From an uncultured Candidatus Binatia bacterium (GTDB taxonomy: Bacteria; Desulfobacterota; Binatia; UBA9968; JAJDTQ01), in assembly GCA_965204235.1 (NCBI GenBank), contig OZ241979.1, positions 3,109,902-3,173,901 of the forward strand: a stretch of DNA of 64,000 nucleotides, written 5' to 3'. A program made the position numbers and the translations under genes. The stretch's first letter is position 1, and the number at the start of each line of letters is the position of its first letter. This document shows, one piece after another, positions 21,983-33,200 of the stretch. Under the pieces are notes generated by a model, which was not told the DNA's origin, made no database searches, and saw nothing but the letters and a program-made list of their open reading frames with translations.

Positions 21983-22879
21983 TCAGCCGCCCGCGGCCCA
22001 CGGCGCAAGCCATTGGGAAGCCAGTTCCGGGACGGTCACCCGGGCGCCCGGCGCGGTCAGCCGCACCAGTTGCTCCACTTGGGAGAGATCGACGGTCAGG
22101 CCCTCGTCCAGCGTCAAGAGGTAGTCGTCGTAGAGGGCCGCGGCCAGGACCGGAACGTACCCGAACACGCGCCGGAGCATCGCCAAGGTCTCGCTTCGGC
22201 GCTTCTTGAGGCAGCGGACGCCTTCCCTGTGGGCGGTGAGGAACGCCGCCATCGCGTCTCCCCTTTCAGTCAGGAGGGACGCCGTGGTCTCGATGGTGAT
22301 GGGCAGAGGGTCCGCCGCCACCTCCGGCCAGCCGGGCACCGGTACGAAGCCGCGTTGCAGGGCCACGAAATCGAAGGGCCGGGGCAACAGGGCCGCGCCC
22401 GCGGCGCCCTCCGAGAGCCGGTCCAGGGCGTGCTGGTCGGTGTCCACCGGTTCGATGGACACGTCCCTGTCCGGTGCGAGGCGGCCGCGGTCGAGAAGGG
22501 TCTCGGCCAGCGGCGCCGCTTCCGCCACGCTCCTGCGGCACGCCAGGGACTTGCCCCTGAGGTCCGGGACGCCGTGCACCTCGGGCGGGGCCACCAGCAG
22601 GTAGGGGCTGCGGTTCATGCACGAGCCGATGACCCGCGTCGCTCCCGAGTCGAGAAAGTGCTGGAGCGACGCCCGTCCGATGACCAGGGACAGGTCGGCC
22701 TCGCCGTCCGTCAGCGCCTGAAGGCGCTCGTCGGTGCCCTGGACGTGGTCCCAGGACACCTCCAGACCGTGCCGCCGGTAGATGTTCCTGTCGAGGGCCA
22801 GGTACCCCGTGGGGTCCCGGGCCACGCACTCGCCTTCCTCCCCGATAACGCCGTACAGGACCCTCAGCCTTGCTTCCAT
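21983..22879 (-). CDS. NMT1/THI5-like (SsuA/TauA-type) substrate-binding domain protein
   Basis: ATG at 22879 (MEARLRVLYGVIGEEG…). Periplasmic-binding-protein type 2 fold pattern. No obvious signal peptide. Confidence 0.45.
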   Translation of the reverse strand: MEARLRVLYGVIGEEGECVARDPTGYLALDRNIYRRHGLEVSWDHVQGTDERLQALTDGEADLSLVIGRASLQHFLDSGATRVIGSCMNRSPYLLVAPPEVHGVPDLRGKSLACRRSVAEAAPLAETLLDRGRLAPDRDVSIEPVDTDQHALDRLSEGAAGAALLPRPFDFVALQRGFVPVPGWPEVAADPLPITIETTASLLTERGDAMAAFLTAHREGVRCLKKRRSETLAMLRRVFGYVPVLAAALYDDYLLTLDEGLTVDLSQVEQLVRLTAPGARVTVPELASQWLAPWAAGG

Positions 22880-23087
22880 CGCGCCTCCCGACTTCCGGCG
22901 CCGACACGTGCGGCCGTGGGCGGGCCAGAGGTTGACACCACCATAGCGAAGGTATATCGCCTTGCATAGGCGGGTTGATGGACGGATGGACGATGGGCGC
23001 CTCACGGCCCAAGGCGTCTTGCTCCCGCATCCTCTCGAAAGCGGTCCACACGCTCCCATCGGGGCGAATCTTCAAGGAGGTACGGCC

Positions 23088-24164
23088 ATGACCATGGCAT
23101 TGTCCCACGGCGGAACCACCATGTACTCGTCGCCTTCCCGGTCACGGGAAGTCTGGGTGGGCACCCGGAAGGGCATCGCCGTCCTGGAACGCGACGACGA
23201 CGGCCCGGGGTGGCGGGTCGCCCGCCACATGTTGGCCGACCGGCACATCAGCGCCATCCACCGGGAGCCGGACAGCGGACTGTTCTTCGTCGGAGCGTTC
23301 CACGGCGGCCTCCACGTGAGCGCAGACCACGGCGCCACGTGGGAAGCCCGGGAGACCGGGCTCAGCCAGAGGGACGTGTACAGCATCGCGTCGTCCCGGG
23401 CCAACGGGCGCACCCGGGTGTACGCCGGCACCGAGCCCGCGCACCTGTTCTTCAGCGACGACCTCGGCGGGCACTGGAGCGAGTTGCCCGCCCTGCGGTC
23501 GGTGCCCAGCGTCCCCCGCTGGAAGTTCCCCGTGCCGCCGCACATCGCCCACGCCAAGCACCTGAACTTCGACCCCCACGACCCGGCAGTCCTGTACGTC
23601 TGCGTGGAGGTGGGCGGCCTGATGAAGAGCACGGACGGGGGCGAGTCCTGGGAGGAGATCCACGGGATCTACGAGGACGCGCACCGGCTCGTGATCCATC
23701 CGGAGGACGGGCGGCGGTTGTACGTGGTCACCGGACGCGGCCTGTACGTCAGCGCGGACGGGGGCAAGACCTTCGAGCAATGGATCTCCAGGCCGTCCGA
23801 GATCGGCAACTACCCGGACGGGTGCGTGCTCCATCCACGCAAGCCCGACCTCATGTTCATCGGCGGCGCGCAGCACGGGCCGGGAGAGTGGGCCAGGACG
23901 CATTTCGCCGGCGCGCGGATCTCCCGCAGCAGGGACGGCGGCCGCACCTGGGAGATCCTGGGCAACGGGCTGCCGGACCTGATGCAGGCCAGCATCGAGG
24001 CGCTGTGCCTGGAAGAATCGGGCGACGGAGTGTCGGTCTTCGCCGCCACCACCGCGGGCGAAGTCTATTGCAGCGACGACGCCGGAGAGAGCTGGTCGAT
24101 CATCGCCAGCGGGCTGGCGCCCATCTCCAAGGACGTCCACTACAAGGACCTGCAGGCGGCGTGA
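23088..24164 (+). CDS. BNR/Ycf48-like beta-propeller repeat protein
   Basis: ATG at 23088, preceded by AAGGAGG. Repeated S/T-x-D-G-G-x-T/S-W motifs (SADHGATWE, SDDLGGHWSE, STDGGESWEE, SADGGKTFEQ, SRDGGRTWEI, SDDAGESWSI). Confidence 0.7.
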   Translation: MTMALSHGGTTMYSSPSRSREVWVGTRKGIAVLERDDDGPGWRVARHMLADRHISAIHREPDSGLFFVGAFHGGLHVSADHGATWEARETGLSQRDVYSIASSRANGRTRVYAGTEPAHLFFSDDLGGHWSELPALRSVPSVPRWKFPVPPHIAHAKHLNFDPHDPAVLYVCVEVGGLMKSTDGGESWEEIHGIYEDAHRLVIHPEDGRRLYVVTGRGLYVSADGGKTFEQWISRPSEIGNYPDGCVLHPRKPDLMFIGGAQHGPGEWARTHFAGARISRSRDGGRTWEILGNGLPDLMQASIEALCLEESGDGVSVFAATTAGEVYCSDDAGESWSIIASGLAPISKDVHYKDLQAA

Positions 24165-24183
24165 CCGGACCGCGGGAGGCGGG

Positions 24184-25209
24184 ATGAGCGGGATGAAGTT
24201 CGGCTTGCTGGTGGATTGCCACGTCCGCGAGGGCCGGGGACAGACCCTGGCCTTCGACGAGATGTTCGGGCAGGTGGACGCGGCCGAGGCCATGGGCATG
24301 GACTCCATCTGGATCGTGGAGCACCACTTCCGGCCCAAGGCGTCGGTGCTCTCGGCCTCCATGGCCGTGGCCGGCGCCATCGCCTCCCGCACCGAGCGCG
24401 TGCGCATCGGCACCGCGGTCCAGGTGCTGCCTTTGGGGAACCCCCTTCGCATCGCGGAGGAGGCCGCCACCATCGACCACATGAGCCGCGGGCGCTTCGA
24501 CTTCGGCGTGGGCCGAAGCAGCATCCCGAAGTTCTACGACGGCTTCAACATCCCCTACTCGGAAAGCACCCCGCGTTTCGCCGAGTCCCTGGAGATCGTA
24601 CTGCGGGCCTTCACCCAGGACACTTTCTCCTTCGAGGGGGACTACTATTCGTACCACGACGTCAGCATATCGCCGCGGCCGCTGCAACGGCCTCACCCGC
24701 CCATCTACATGGCGGTGCGCACCCCCGAAGGCTTCGCCGCCACCGCCAGACGGGGCTTCTCCGTGGTGCTCTGGTTCATGGGCGACTACTACGAAGAGTG
24801 CCTGCAAGCCTATCGAGACGCATGGCGGGAGGCAGGCCACGCCCAGGCGCCCCAAATCCAGGTGCGCGTGCCCTTCTTCGTCGCGGAGTCCGAGACCCTG
24901 GCCCGGGAGACCCCGAAAGCCAGCGTGGTCCACGACCTCCACCGGGTCATCGGCGAAGCCCAGATCATGGGCGCAGCCGACCGGGTGGCCAAGGCCCGGG
25001 AGTTCCTGGACGACTACGACGAATTCCTGCGCACCCGGGTGATCTTCGGCACGCCCGAATCGGTCATCCATCGCATCGAGGAGTTCCGCGAGCGCATGGG
25101 ACTGACCGGCCTGATCCTCGACATGAACCACGGCGGCCAGATCCCCCAGGAGCACGTGCTCAACTCCATCCGCCTGCTCACCGAGAAGGTGGCGCCGCGG
25201 TTCGCCTAA
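24184..25209 (+). CDS. LLM-class flavin-dependent oxidoreductase (luciferase-like monooxygenase)
   Basis: 341 aa with the typical LLM N-terminus (…LAFDEMFGQVDAAEAMGMDSIWIVEHHF…RIGTAVQVLPLGNPLRIAEEAATIDHMS…). Confidence 0.8.
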   Translation: MSGMKFGLLVDCHVREGRGQTLAFDEMFGQVDAAEAMGMDSIWIVEHHFRPKASVLSASMAVAGAIASRTERVRIGTAVQVLPLGNPLRIAEEAATIDHMSRGRFDFGVGRSSIPKFYDGFNIPYSESTPRFAESLEIVLRAFTQDTFSFEGDYYSYHDVSISPRPLQRPHPPIYMAVRTPEGFAATARRGFSVVLWFMGDYYEECLQAYRDAWREAGHAQAPQIQVRVPFFVAESETLARETPKASVVHDLHRVIGEAQIMGAADRVAKAREFLDDYDEFLRTRVIFGTPESVIHRIEEFRERMGLTGLILDMNHGGQIPQEHVLNSIRLLTEKVAPRFA

Positions 25210-27875
25210 CCGTTCCATCCGCGGGTCAGGCTCTGCCGTTTCGCCGCGTCGTCGAGCACCCGCGCGCACGACTCCCAGTCCACGCGCCCGACCTCGTGGT
25301 ACCGGAGCTCGAACGGATGCTTGTTCGGAACGCTGTCGATGGTCTGCTTCGCTTGCTCCATCTCACCGAGGGCGACCTCGACCCAGACGTCTTCGAGCGT
25401 GTCCGGCAACTGACCGAAAAGCCGGGAGATGCTCTCCAGGCGTTCCGAGAGTAGCTGGCGCACCCGGTCCTCCACCGAGTTCGCGTAGCGCATGTTGTAC
25501 ACGTCCACCTGGGAACGGGTTTGCCCGATGCGCTGGATCCGGCCCTTGCGCTGTTCGAGGCGGGAAGGATTCCAGGGAAGGTCCAGGTTGATGAGCGTGC
25601 CGAGCCGTTGCAGGTTCAACCCTTCCGACGCCGCGTCCGTGCCGAGCAGCAGGCGTAGTTCGCCCCGGCGCACGCTGTCCTTCAGGGCGTCGCGGCCCCG
25701 GGGCTCGAAGACCCCGCGGCGCATGACCCCCGAACGGCCGGCGCCCGCGTAGATGCCGATGGTTTCAGCCGGAAGCGCCTCCGTGAGTCGATGGGCCAGC
25801 CACCACACCGAGTCGTAGTACTGGCTGAAGACGATGCAGCCGTGTTCCAGCCAGCCTTCGTCCACGAGCAGGCGCACCACCGCGGCGCACTTCGGGTCCT
25901 GGTCCAGGTTCGCCTCCATGGATTGGGCAAGCCCTGACAGCACCCGGCTTTCCTCCTTCGTCAGGGTACGAAGCGGACCGTCCTCGTCGTCATCGTACTC
26001 GTCGCCGAGGTCCTCCCAACCGTCGAGTATCCGGGTGACCGTCAGACGCCCCGCCTCCATGGTACTGCCCATGCGGCGCAGGAGCATGGTGCGAAAGAAC
26101 CCCGTGCTCGCGCGTTGGGCGAGCAACCGGCAGAACGCTTCCGCCTGGGCGTAGGCGTCCTCGAGGAAGGGCGGCAGCACGATGGCGTCCTCGTCCGACT
26201 CGCCGTGCAATCGGACCCCCACCGGGGTCAGGAACGGTTCGCCCGTCTCCGGGTCGATGGAGTTTTCGAGATACTCGCGGGTGCGCACCACGATGGTGCG
26301 GATGTAGGGGTTGTGCTGCTCCACGAAGCGGGCGAACCCGCTCTCGATCCGCTGCCGGTCGGGCGGACGCAACGACTCGACTGCGTTCCCGTGCGCATAC
26401 GCGGCCTCGTCCGGCAGGGAGAGCGAGCGGCGCAGGATCTCGAAATCCCTCCCTTCGGAGCGGGGAGGAAAGGGGTTGCGCATCCAGTCCCAGCACTCGT
26501 GGAAATCGGCCGGCGGCGATGCGTTGCCGAGCAGCAGGTCGAGGGAGGCCTTGGCGTTGCGCCAGCGGCTGCCGGGTGAGCCGAGCACCGCGTGCGAGCC
26601 TCGCGCGAGCGCATCGAGCAGGTCGTATGCCTCCACGGGATGGAGCTGGACCGGGGTGGCGGTGGCGAGCAGCAGGCTCTTGGTGCGGGGCGAGACCTCC
26701 CGGAGGAACTTCAGGAGGTTGTTGGGCTGCGCCGCCCCGAACGCCCCGCGGCCGGAGAGGTTCCGGCGCCGCGCACGGTGCGCCTCGTCCAGGATCACGC
26801 ACTCGAAGCGCATCTCCGCCAGCCGCGCCGCGGCCTCGGCGTTGCCGGTAACCAGGCCGGTGGAGACGATACCCACCCGCCGCGGGCAGCGCCGGATCGA
26901 TTCGGCGCCTGCCCCCGGATGCTCGACCCCGCGCTCGTCCACCCAACCGCGGCCGGTCCAGACCGCTGACGGCAGTCCGAGCAGGGTGTCGAGTTCGTCC
27001 TGCCACTGCCGGAGCAGGGGCTTGGGAGCCAGGACGAGCACCGGCCCATCGCCGACCAGGGCCATGAGTTGCGCCGCCATGGCCAACTGGAGAGTCTTCC
27101 CGAGCCCCACCTGATCGGCCAGCACGAAGCGCGCGCCGTGCGGCCCGCGATGCGCGTCGAAGGCGAGCTTGACGAAATGCTTCTGGTGCTCCCACAGCCC
27201 CACCTCCTTGCGATAGACCGGCGCTTCCACCATGACGGACGCGGGGTCCGGCTCTTCCCGCCAGCGGGCGACGTCTCCCACCAACTCGCGGCGCGACAAG
27301 CGGTCGAGGTCCCGAACGACGAAGTCCGCAAGCCGGACCGCGAAAGGCGACGACCATAGGGCGTCGAACTCCTCCTGGACCCATGCCACGGCTTCCGGTG
27401 AATCGTCCTCCCAGACGATCTCGTAGTTGAGCCGGAACGCCGCCCCGGACTCGTTGGCGCTGCCAAGGAAGGAGGTCGGTCGGTCGTCCGCCAGGATGAT
27501 CACGCCCGCCTTGCCGTGGATGAGGCCGAAGACGTCATCGGGCAGTACGCGGACCTCGACCTTCCCGGAACGCAGGAAGTCGTACAGGCGCTCGAAGCGC
27601 GGCTTGGCGGTGTCACCGAGGTCCTCGGGGCGGGAGTCGCACCACTCCCGGCGCATGGCGGCCTGGGCGGCCCTCGCCACTTCCACGTCGGCGCGCGACA
27701 GCCCGGAATTGCACACCACCCGGACCTTGCCTTCGACGCTCTCCAGCGCCTCGCCCGCCACTTCGAGGATCGAGGACGAGAAATAGCCGGCGATTCGGTC
27801 GTAGCTCTTGGCGCCGGCAAGCCGCGGGGTCAGGAAGGCGGTGTCGAGCGGCTGTTGGCGAGAGGAGTATCGCAT
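25206..27875 (-). CDS. PLD-family nuclease domain fused to a SNF2-family (SF2) helicase; last gene of the defence island
   Basis: 889 aa. N-terminal HKD motif (…LIHGKAGVIILADD…SFLGSANESGAAF…). Then helicase motifs (…LADQVGLGKTLQLAMAA…, …VILDEAHRARRRN…, C-terminal …LLLGTDAASEGLNLQ…, …QRKGRIQRIGQ…). 39-nt gap to the upstream gene. Confidence 0.85.
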   Translation of the reverse strand: MRYSSRQQPLDTAFLTPRLAGAKSYDRIAGYFSSSILEVAGEALESVEGKVRVVCNSGLSRADVEVARAAQAAMRREWCDSRPEDLGDTAKPRFERLYDFLRSGKVEVRVLPDDVFGLIHGKAGVIILADDRPTSFLGSANESGAAFRLNYEIVWEDDSPEAVAWVQEEFDALWSSPFAVRLADFVVRDLDRLSRRELVGDVARWREEPDPASVMVEAPVYRKEVGLWEHQKHFVKLAFDAHRGPHGARFVLADQVGLGKTLQLAMAAQLMALVGDGPVLVLAPKPLLRQWQDELDTLLGLPSAVWTGRGWVDERGVEHPGAGAESIRRCPRRVGIVSTGLVTGNAEAAARLAEMRFECVILDEAHRARRRNLSGRGAFGAAQPNNLLKFLREVSPRTKSLLLATATPVQLHPVEAYDLLDALARGSHAVLGSPGSRWRNAKASLDLLLGNASPPADFHECWDWMRNPFPPRSEGRDFEILRRSLSLPDEAAYAHGNAVESLRPPDRQRIESGFARFVEQHNPYIRTIVVRTREYLENSIDPETGEPFLTPVGVRLHGESDEDAIVLPPFLEDAYAQAEAFCRLLAQRASTGFFRTMLLRRMGSTMEAGRLTVTRILDGWEDLGDEYDDDEDGPLRTLTKEESRVLSGLAQSMEANLDQDPKCAAVVRLLVDEGWLEHGCIVFSQYYDSVWWLAHRLTEALPAETIGIYAGAGRSGVMRRGVFEPRGRDALKDSVRRGELRLLLGTDAASEGLNLQRLGTLINLDLPWNPSRLEQRKGRIQRIGQTRSQVDVYNMRYANSVEDRVRQLLSERLESISRLFGQLPDTLEDVWVEVALGEMEQAKQTIDSVPNKHPFELRYHEVGRVDWESCARVLDDAAKRQSLTRGWNG

Positions 27876-27914
27876 CAGCGCAGCGCGGGCAGAGGCAGGA
27901 AACGGAGCCCCGGG

Positions 27915-28421
27915 TCAGGCGCGGGGCTCGCTCGCAGGAAGGCGTTTTACGTGCGCGTGACTGGCAATGCGCTTCCGATGACAAGCCACCTGGTTTTCCA
28001 ACTCCCGGAAAGCGGTCAATCCACGCAGAAGGCCAAAGTCGCCAATCTGCTCAGCCACAAGCTGTACACACTTGCCCAAATCCCGATGGAAACGTTTCAA
28101 CCGTCGTCCTCGAAGGCCGCTAGCCTGCCTGAGCAAGCCGTGGAGGACCGTCTTGGGATCCGGCAGATTTTCGAGCTCCCTCACCTCCGGCATGGATAGA
28201 CTCTGGCGGCTCGCCGGATTTCCCGCGGCTTTCTTCAGGGCGGATTCGTCGATGAGCAACCACGCTTCCTGCATTCGTACCGGAACCACGCAGACGACCG
28301 GCAGGGTCTTTCCCCTCTCGCTCCGTTCCAAAGCCTTGCGGATTTCTTCCTGCCGTTTCTCCACTGATTCGCCCTCCGCGTCCCGATGCACGAAGAGCAG
28401 GTCGCAAGGGTACAGTTCCAT
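27915..28421 (-). CDS. DUF4276-like protein, partner of the upstream AAA ATPase; possibly N-terminally truncated
   Basis: 168 aa, …TLPVVCVVPVRMQEAWLLIDESALKKAAGNP… resembles the conserved core of DUF4276. Its frame stays open upstream (…IPIQREFSDLRRLRNPPRDLFQRIDKS-M…) with no start codon there, so the N-terminus may be lost. Confidence 0.5.
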   Translation of the reverse strand: MELYPCDLLFVHRDAEGESVEKRQEEIRKALERSERGKTLPVVCVVPVRMQEAWLLIDESALKKAAGNPASRQSLSMPEVRELENLPDPKTVLHGLLRQASGLRGRRLKRFHRDLGKCVQLVAEQIGDFGLLRGLTAFRELENQVACHRKRIASHAHVKRLPASEPRA

Positions 28422-28610
28422 GCTCTTGTCGATGCGCTGAAAAAGATCTCGGGGAGGATTCCGAAGCCGTCGCAGATCGGAGAATTCCCGCTGGATGGGA
28501 ATGCCTTCACAATGCTGGCGCAGCAGCTAGGTGAGAACGGGTAGGAGCGCCCGGTCGGACGAGCCGTCAGCCACCAGCGTAAAGCGCAGTCTTTCCACTC
28601 GACACCGGAT

Positions 28611-30100
28611 TCACGAGCCAAGAGGAAGCAGCAGTTGCTGCAGGTCGTCCCGGTCAACCACTCGCCTCTCCCTTGCTCGTTTCTCTTGCGGACTCATCGG
28701 AAGCACCGGATTCAGATAGGCCAGCAGATCGCCTTTGGCTACAAGGTCGGATTCGCTGCTTCCCTCGGCTCTCCAAGTGTCCGGCAGATAGTGGAACCGG
28801 GCTTCCTTGAAGAATTGTTTCCGACTATCCACGAATTCCATAAGCTTCACGAACACGACGCTGTCTTCCGGAACCTGCAGCAAAACCGCCGCGAGTGTGT
28901 GTTGACGATCACTTGGCGCAGCGGATTGTCCGGTTCTGCCGGTTCGGACGCATCCACGGCAATATCGCGCAGCAATTGCAGGATGGCCGGAATCCGCGCC
29001 GGATGGATGCCGTTTTCCGGTTCTTCCAGACAGAGTACACCCTGGACTTCCGTATCCATCTCCAGCACGGCCAAAGCCAGGAAGCGCAAGGTGCCGTCCG
29101 ACAATGCCCGGGCCGGATGCAGGGTTCCTTCTCCATCCTTGACGTACAGGGTCAGGATTTCCCGTTTCTCATCCCGATCGATGTTGACGTCGTGCACGTC
29201 GTCGATGAGTTCGTGCAGTCGATTGGCGATACGGCCACAGGTCCGCGCTGCGTTTTCCTCCTCCAGTGGACCGTTGTCTTCCCGTCCCGAGTGGTGAGCC
29301 AAGCGGTACAGCGTGGCGGCCAGATGGCTGCCATCCGTCCCCATGCGCGTGGGAGAGGCGAATTCATCCGGCCGCCTGAGCGCCGACGGCTCCAGTTGCA
29401 GCATCCGCCACGCTTCCATTTCCCGGCGAGCGGCCACCACGGTGGGACTCTCCGCCGCGTTGGCCGCGGAAAGGACCGTGCGGGGCAGATTGGCCGCCGG
29501 CCTGCGCAACGGACGACCGCTGCTGCCGCCGTCCTGATGCAAGTTGATGACCCGGATTTCGCCTTCTTCTTCGGTCGAGATGAAATAGGGGGCACGGCGC
29601 TGGCCGCACACCACCGACTTCCGCCAGTCCTTCGCATTGTGAGGAAACGGAAGGTGCTTCCAGGCATCGCGTTGGGCGATGTGGACCAGTTGCTCCTTCA
29701 TGATTTCCAAGGCGCCCGGAGTCAAGCTGTCGCCGGTCTCCTTGTAGGCAAGCTCCAGCGAATAGCGCAGGAACGTAATGCTGGCCTTGGCTTCCTGTCC
29801 CAGATCGTCCACGGCTTTCCCCGGTACGATCATCTCCGCGTCGAAGGACATGCTCTCCCTATAGCGGTCACCGGCACGGTGGAAGAGGTTACGCACGTCC
29901 GCAGTACGGCTGTCCTGGTCGCGCACCGAGGCAGCGGCTTCCATCAACGTGTGACCGGCCAGCGCACTCAGAAAGCGGATCGCGTCGAACAGGTTCGACT
30001 TGCCGGCGCCGTTGGGCCCGATCACGCACGTGAACGGACCAAAGCGCACATCCACGTCCACGAGGTTCTTGAAGCCGGAGACTTGCAGTCGCGTCAGCAT
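28611..30100 (-). pseudogene. AAA_15/AAA_21-type (SMC/ABC-like, OLD-family-like) ATPase, disrupted by a frameshift after the H-loop
   Basis: ORF 28847..30100 carries Walker A GPNGAGKSN, the ABC signature LSDGTLRFLALAVL, Walker B/D-loop VLCLEEPENGIHP and H-loop VIVNTHS. It then runs into …RRFCCRFRKTASCS*. The natural continuation (…LQVPEDSVVFVKLMEFVDSRKQ…) is in the +1 frame (ORF 28611..28883). The shift falls at a GTTTTG T-run near 28872–28885. Confidence 0.6.
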
Positions 30101-30284
30101 GTCCGAATTACCGATCGACGAGTTTCAGCCGTCGTCATCGAGCACACCGCCCAGCCCGCTACGCCCGTCCTCAGCGGCTCGGAACCGCACCCGCGGCGCA
30201 ATGTCCTCCGGCAGTGCGACGGTGACGTTCTCCATGGCTCCAAGGTAGTGGAACACCGGATTTGCGTCAACGGGCGACGGCAGG

Positions 30285-33200
30285 TCAGACATGGTCGTTC
30301 TCCACGGCGCCAGCGACGAGGCGGGCGGCCGCGGCGTCTTCGCGCCAGTGGTTGACTTCGATGGCGGCGAGGTAGCGGAGGATGGCGACCAGCGCCTCGC
30401 GTTGCGGCCAGTAGCCGGACAATTCGGTTCGGAGCCACGTGAGGCTGTCGGCCACCTCGCCGCTCTCCGCCACGCGCCAGACGGCATAGAGGGCGTGGCG
30501 GACGAGGCTGCGCCCGAACGCGGTGTCGCCCAGGTCGCTGCGCTTGAACTCGGAGGCGGTCTTCAGGCGGGTCCGGTTCGCCTTGCCGGTGTGGAGCAGG
30601 TAGCGGTAGTCGCGGACGCCGAAGCCGCGGGCGAACTCCTGATAGACCCCGGAGCGGAAGTCGCCGTGGCGTTCGACGTCAAGGCCCTTGACGTAGAGCT
30701 TTTCCTCGGGGGTGAGCCGACGCCACAGGTAATCCGGCAAGCCTGTGGGGACCAGGAAGTTGCTCGCGGTGCGCACGGCGTCTCCGATGATCTTCTCGAT
30801 GGGGTTGGGTTCGCCGCGGCGCCGTTCCCGCGACAGTTCATGGGATACGTCGATGTCCTCGATCGAACCGTACTGCGTCAGCACCCGGAGCGCCGCGGCG
30901 TAGGCGGCTAGCTGGTAGTCCGCATCGGAGAAGTTCGGGGCCTCGCGGTCGTCGAGTTCCAGCATGGACGCAAGCTGGCGCTCCACTTCGACTCCCACTT
31001 CCTGGGCTACTTCGTCCTGGAACGCCGTCTCCTCGACGGTCTGCCTGCGCAGCACCATCAGCACGGTGCCCTGGACGTAGTTGCCTTCCTTGACACCGAA
31101 CGGCGTCTCCGTCGCAATGGTCCACGCCGCGGTCACACGCAAGCCCGCGGCCCAGAGGATGAGGGTAAGATCGGCCCAGATCGATACGTCCTGGTGGGTG
31201 AACATGACGACCTGGAAGCCGCCGTCCGGCATGTGGGCCGCGAGGTTCCGGTAGCAGTCCACCATGCTGCGCCGGAAGTTCGCGTCCGCACCCCGAACGG
31301 CGAGGGCGCGCTTGCTGTCCGTGTGCCAGTCCCGGAACAACACCGGCAGCCTTTTCTCGTACCAGGCGAGAAAGAATTCGGACAGTTCGTGGTAGTTGAT
31401 TGCATCCGCGTAGGGCGGATCCGTGATCCAGATGTCTGCACGCCTGTCGATGGCGCGTGCATCCGTCGTCTGCAAAGTGTACGGCGCATGAACCGAAGCA
31501 TCGCTTTGGGTGAGAAACCATGAGCTGACGAGCGTGTGAATGCCTCGGCCGCCGAAGGTCATGAGCGTGTTCAATGCTTGATTGCTGAAAGTCTGAATTA
31601 CCTTTTCTCCCGCCTTGTCCGCCCACCACCGGGAGAGCCTGCTGTTCCAATCGGCGGTGCGCCCGAGTCCGAGCAGGCACGCGGCGCCGGACACCGCAGA
31701 GATCGAAGACGTCTCCGATTTCTCGGCCAGTGCTCCGTGGACCAAGAGTTGTCTCGGTGTGAACAAATGATGCCAGTGCGTCCAGCCGCGCTCTCGCATC
31801 AGTCGCGTAGTCTCATCTCCGGGTGTAATCGCCCGATTCGGAATGTAGCCGAGAGCCTGCCATTCCGGGAAGCGTTCTCGAAGCAGCGCGAGTGCCCGTG
31901 CTTCCCGTTCCATGTCGGCGTCTTCGACGGGTTGGTACAGCGTTTCCGGCAGCAACTTCGCAAGCGCCTCGACACGATCGTTTCTCCGAGCTGCCACCTC
32001 CTTCGATTTCCTGAGTCGTTGCGCTGCCGCTATCAACTCGCGCTGCGGGCAATCTGCGCTCTTTTTGGCCTCGAACTCGCGCTGCGCATCTTCGACCGCA
32101 CGGTCTTCGGCCAGCCAGTCGCGCTCGCGCAGATCCTCGACTTCACGTCGCTCGTGAGCTTCGAGCCGTTCGACCAGGGCCGCAATCGCATATTCAAGCT
32201 CAACCCACTCCGGCACCGCTGGCGGCGAAGCATCGGGGGTCTGCGTGCCCTTCGGGGGCGCGGGCCTCCCGCCCGCACCATCCTCAAGCCGGCAGGCCGC
32301 CCGCACCCGCTGCTCCGCCCACAGCAGCGCGGCCAGAGAGGGCAGGCGCCAACGCACGCAGTACAGCCGCTCCTGGAACACGTCGTCCGTCCGGGGTACG
32401 AGGTCGTCGTTCTCCCATTGCCGCAGCCCGCGGCCCCGTCCGCCCTCCCCGCGCCGGTCGCCGCGGATGGCGGTCATCGGGGTGGAGGCATGACAATCGG
32501 GATTCGGACATTCCAGCCGCGACTGCTTCACCGTGCCGGCGCCGCGGGCGGCGGCGAGCGCTTCCCGACCCACACCCGAACGGACGTCGATGGCGAAGCG
32601 CCTTTCCGCCGGTTCAGGCTTCAGCCGCGCCACGGCCCGCGTCTTCTCGCCGATGACCCAGCTTGGCGCGAGCGGCACGCGCCAGCCGCATTCGGGGCAG
32701 GCCGTCTCCGTGCAGTAGAGGAAGGCGTCGGCCCGCCAACCGGCATCGTCGTGCTCAATGCGCCACTCCGTCACTTGGCGGTCCACCGCCTCGAACACTT
32801 CGGTTTGCGCCAGCCGCACGCGCTCGGCGACTTCCTCCCCGCCGCCGACGATGTTCAGCGCGCCCCAGGTGAGCAGGGCGGCCACCGGGTTCAGATCGGA
32901 CCCGTAGGCTTCGCAGCCGAGCCGGGCCGCCTCGAACGGCACGCTGCCGCCCCCGCAAAAGGCATCCCCCACGCGCGGCACGCGCCCGAAGCGGCGCTCG
33001 CCCAGCTCCCGCATCAGTTCGGGCAGGCTGACCGCCTCCGTGCCCAGATGCCGGTTGATGACCTTCCAGGCGTCCGCGGACGGTCCTTCCAGATGCTCGG
33101 GCCTGTCGCACCATTTGAGCTTTTCGTCATAGCCCATGCGGTCGAAGACGATGCGTTGCAGGCGCGCTCGGTCCGCGGCCTTCGTGCCCTTCCGGAGTCT

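Noticed and set aside
28235-28657. 140-aa Cys-rich minus-strand ORF between the ATPase and DUF4276 genes
   Set aside because: It overlaps the DUF4276 start in another frame. The composition looks like frame noise. The region is better explained as the decayed junction of the ATPase/DUF4276 module.
30094-30487. Small minus-strand ORFs overlapping the 3' end of the DUF1156 MTase and the gap before the ATPase
   Set aside because: They are in alternative frames of a confirmed coding region with no motif support. The real gap is probably a promoter region.
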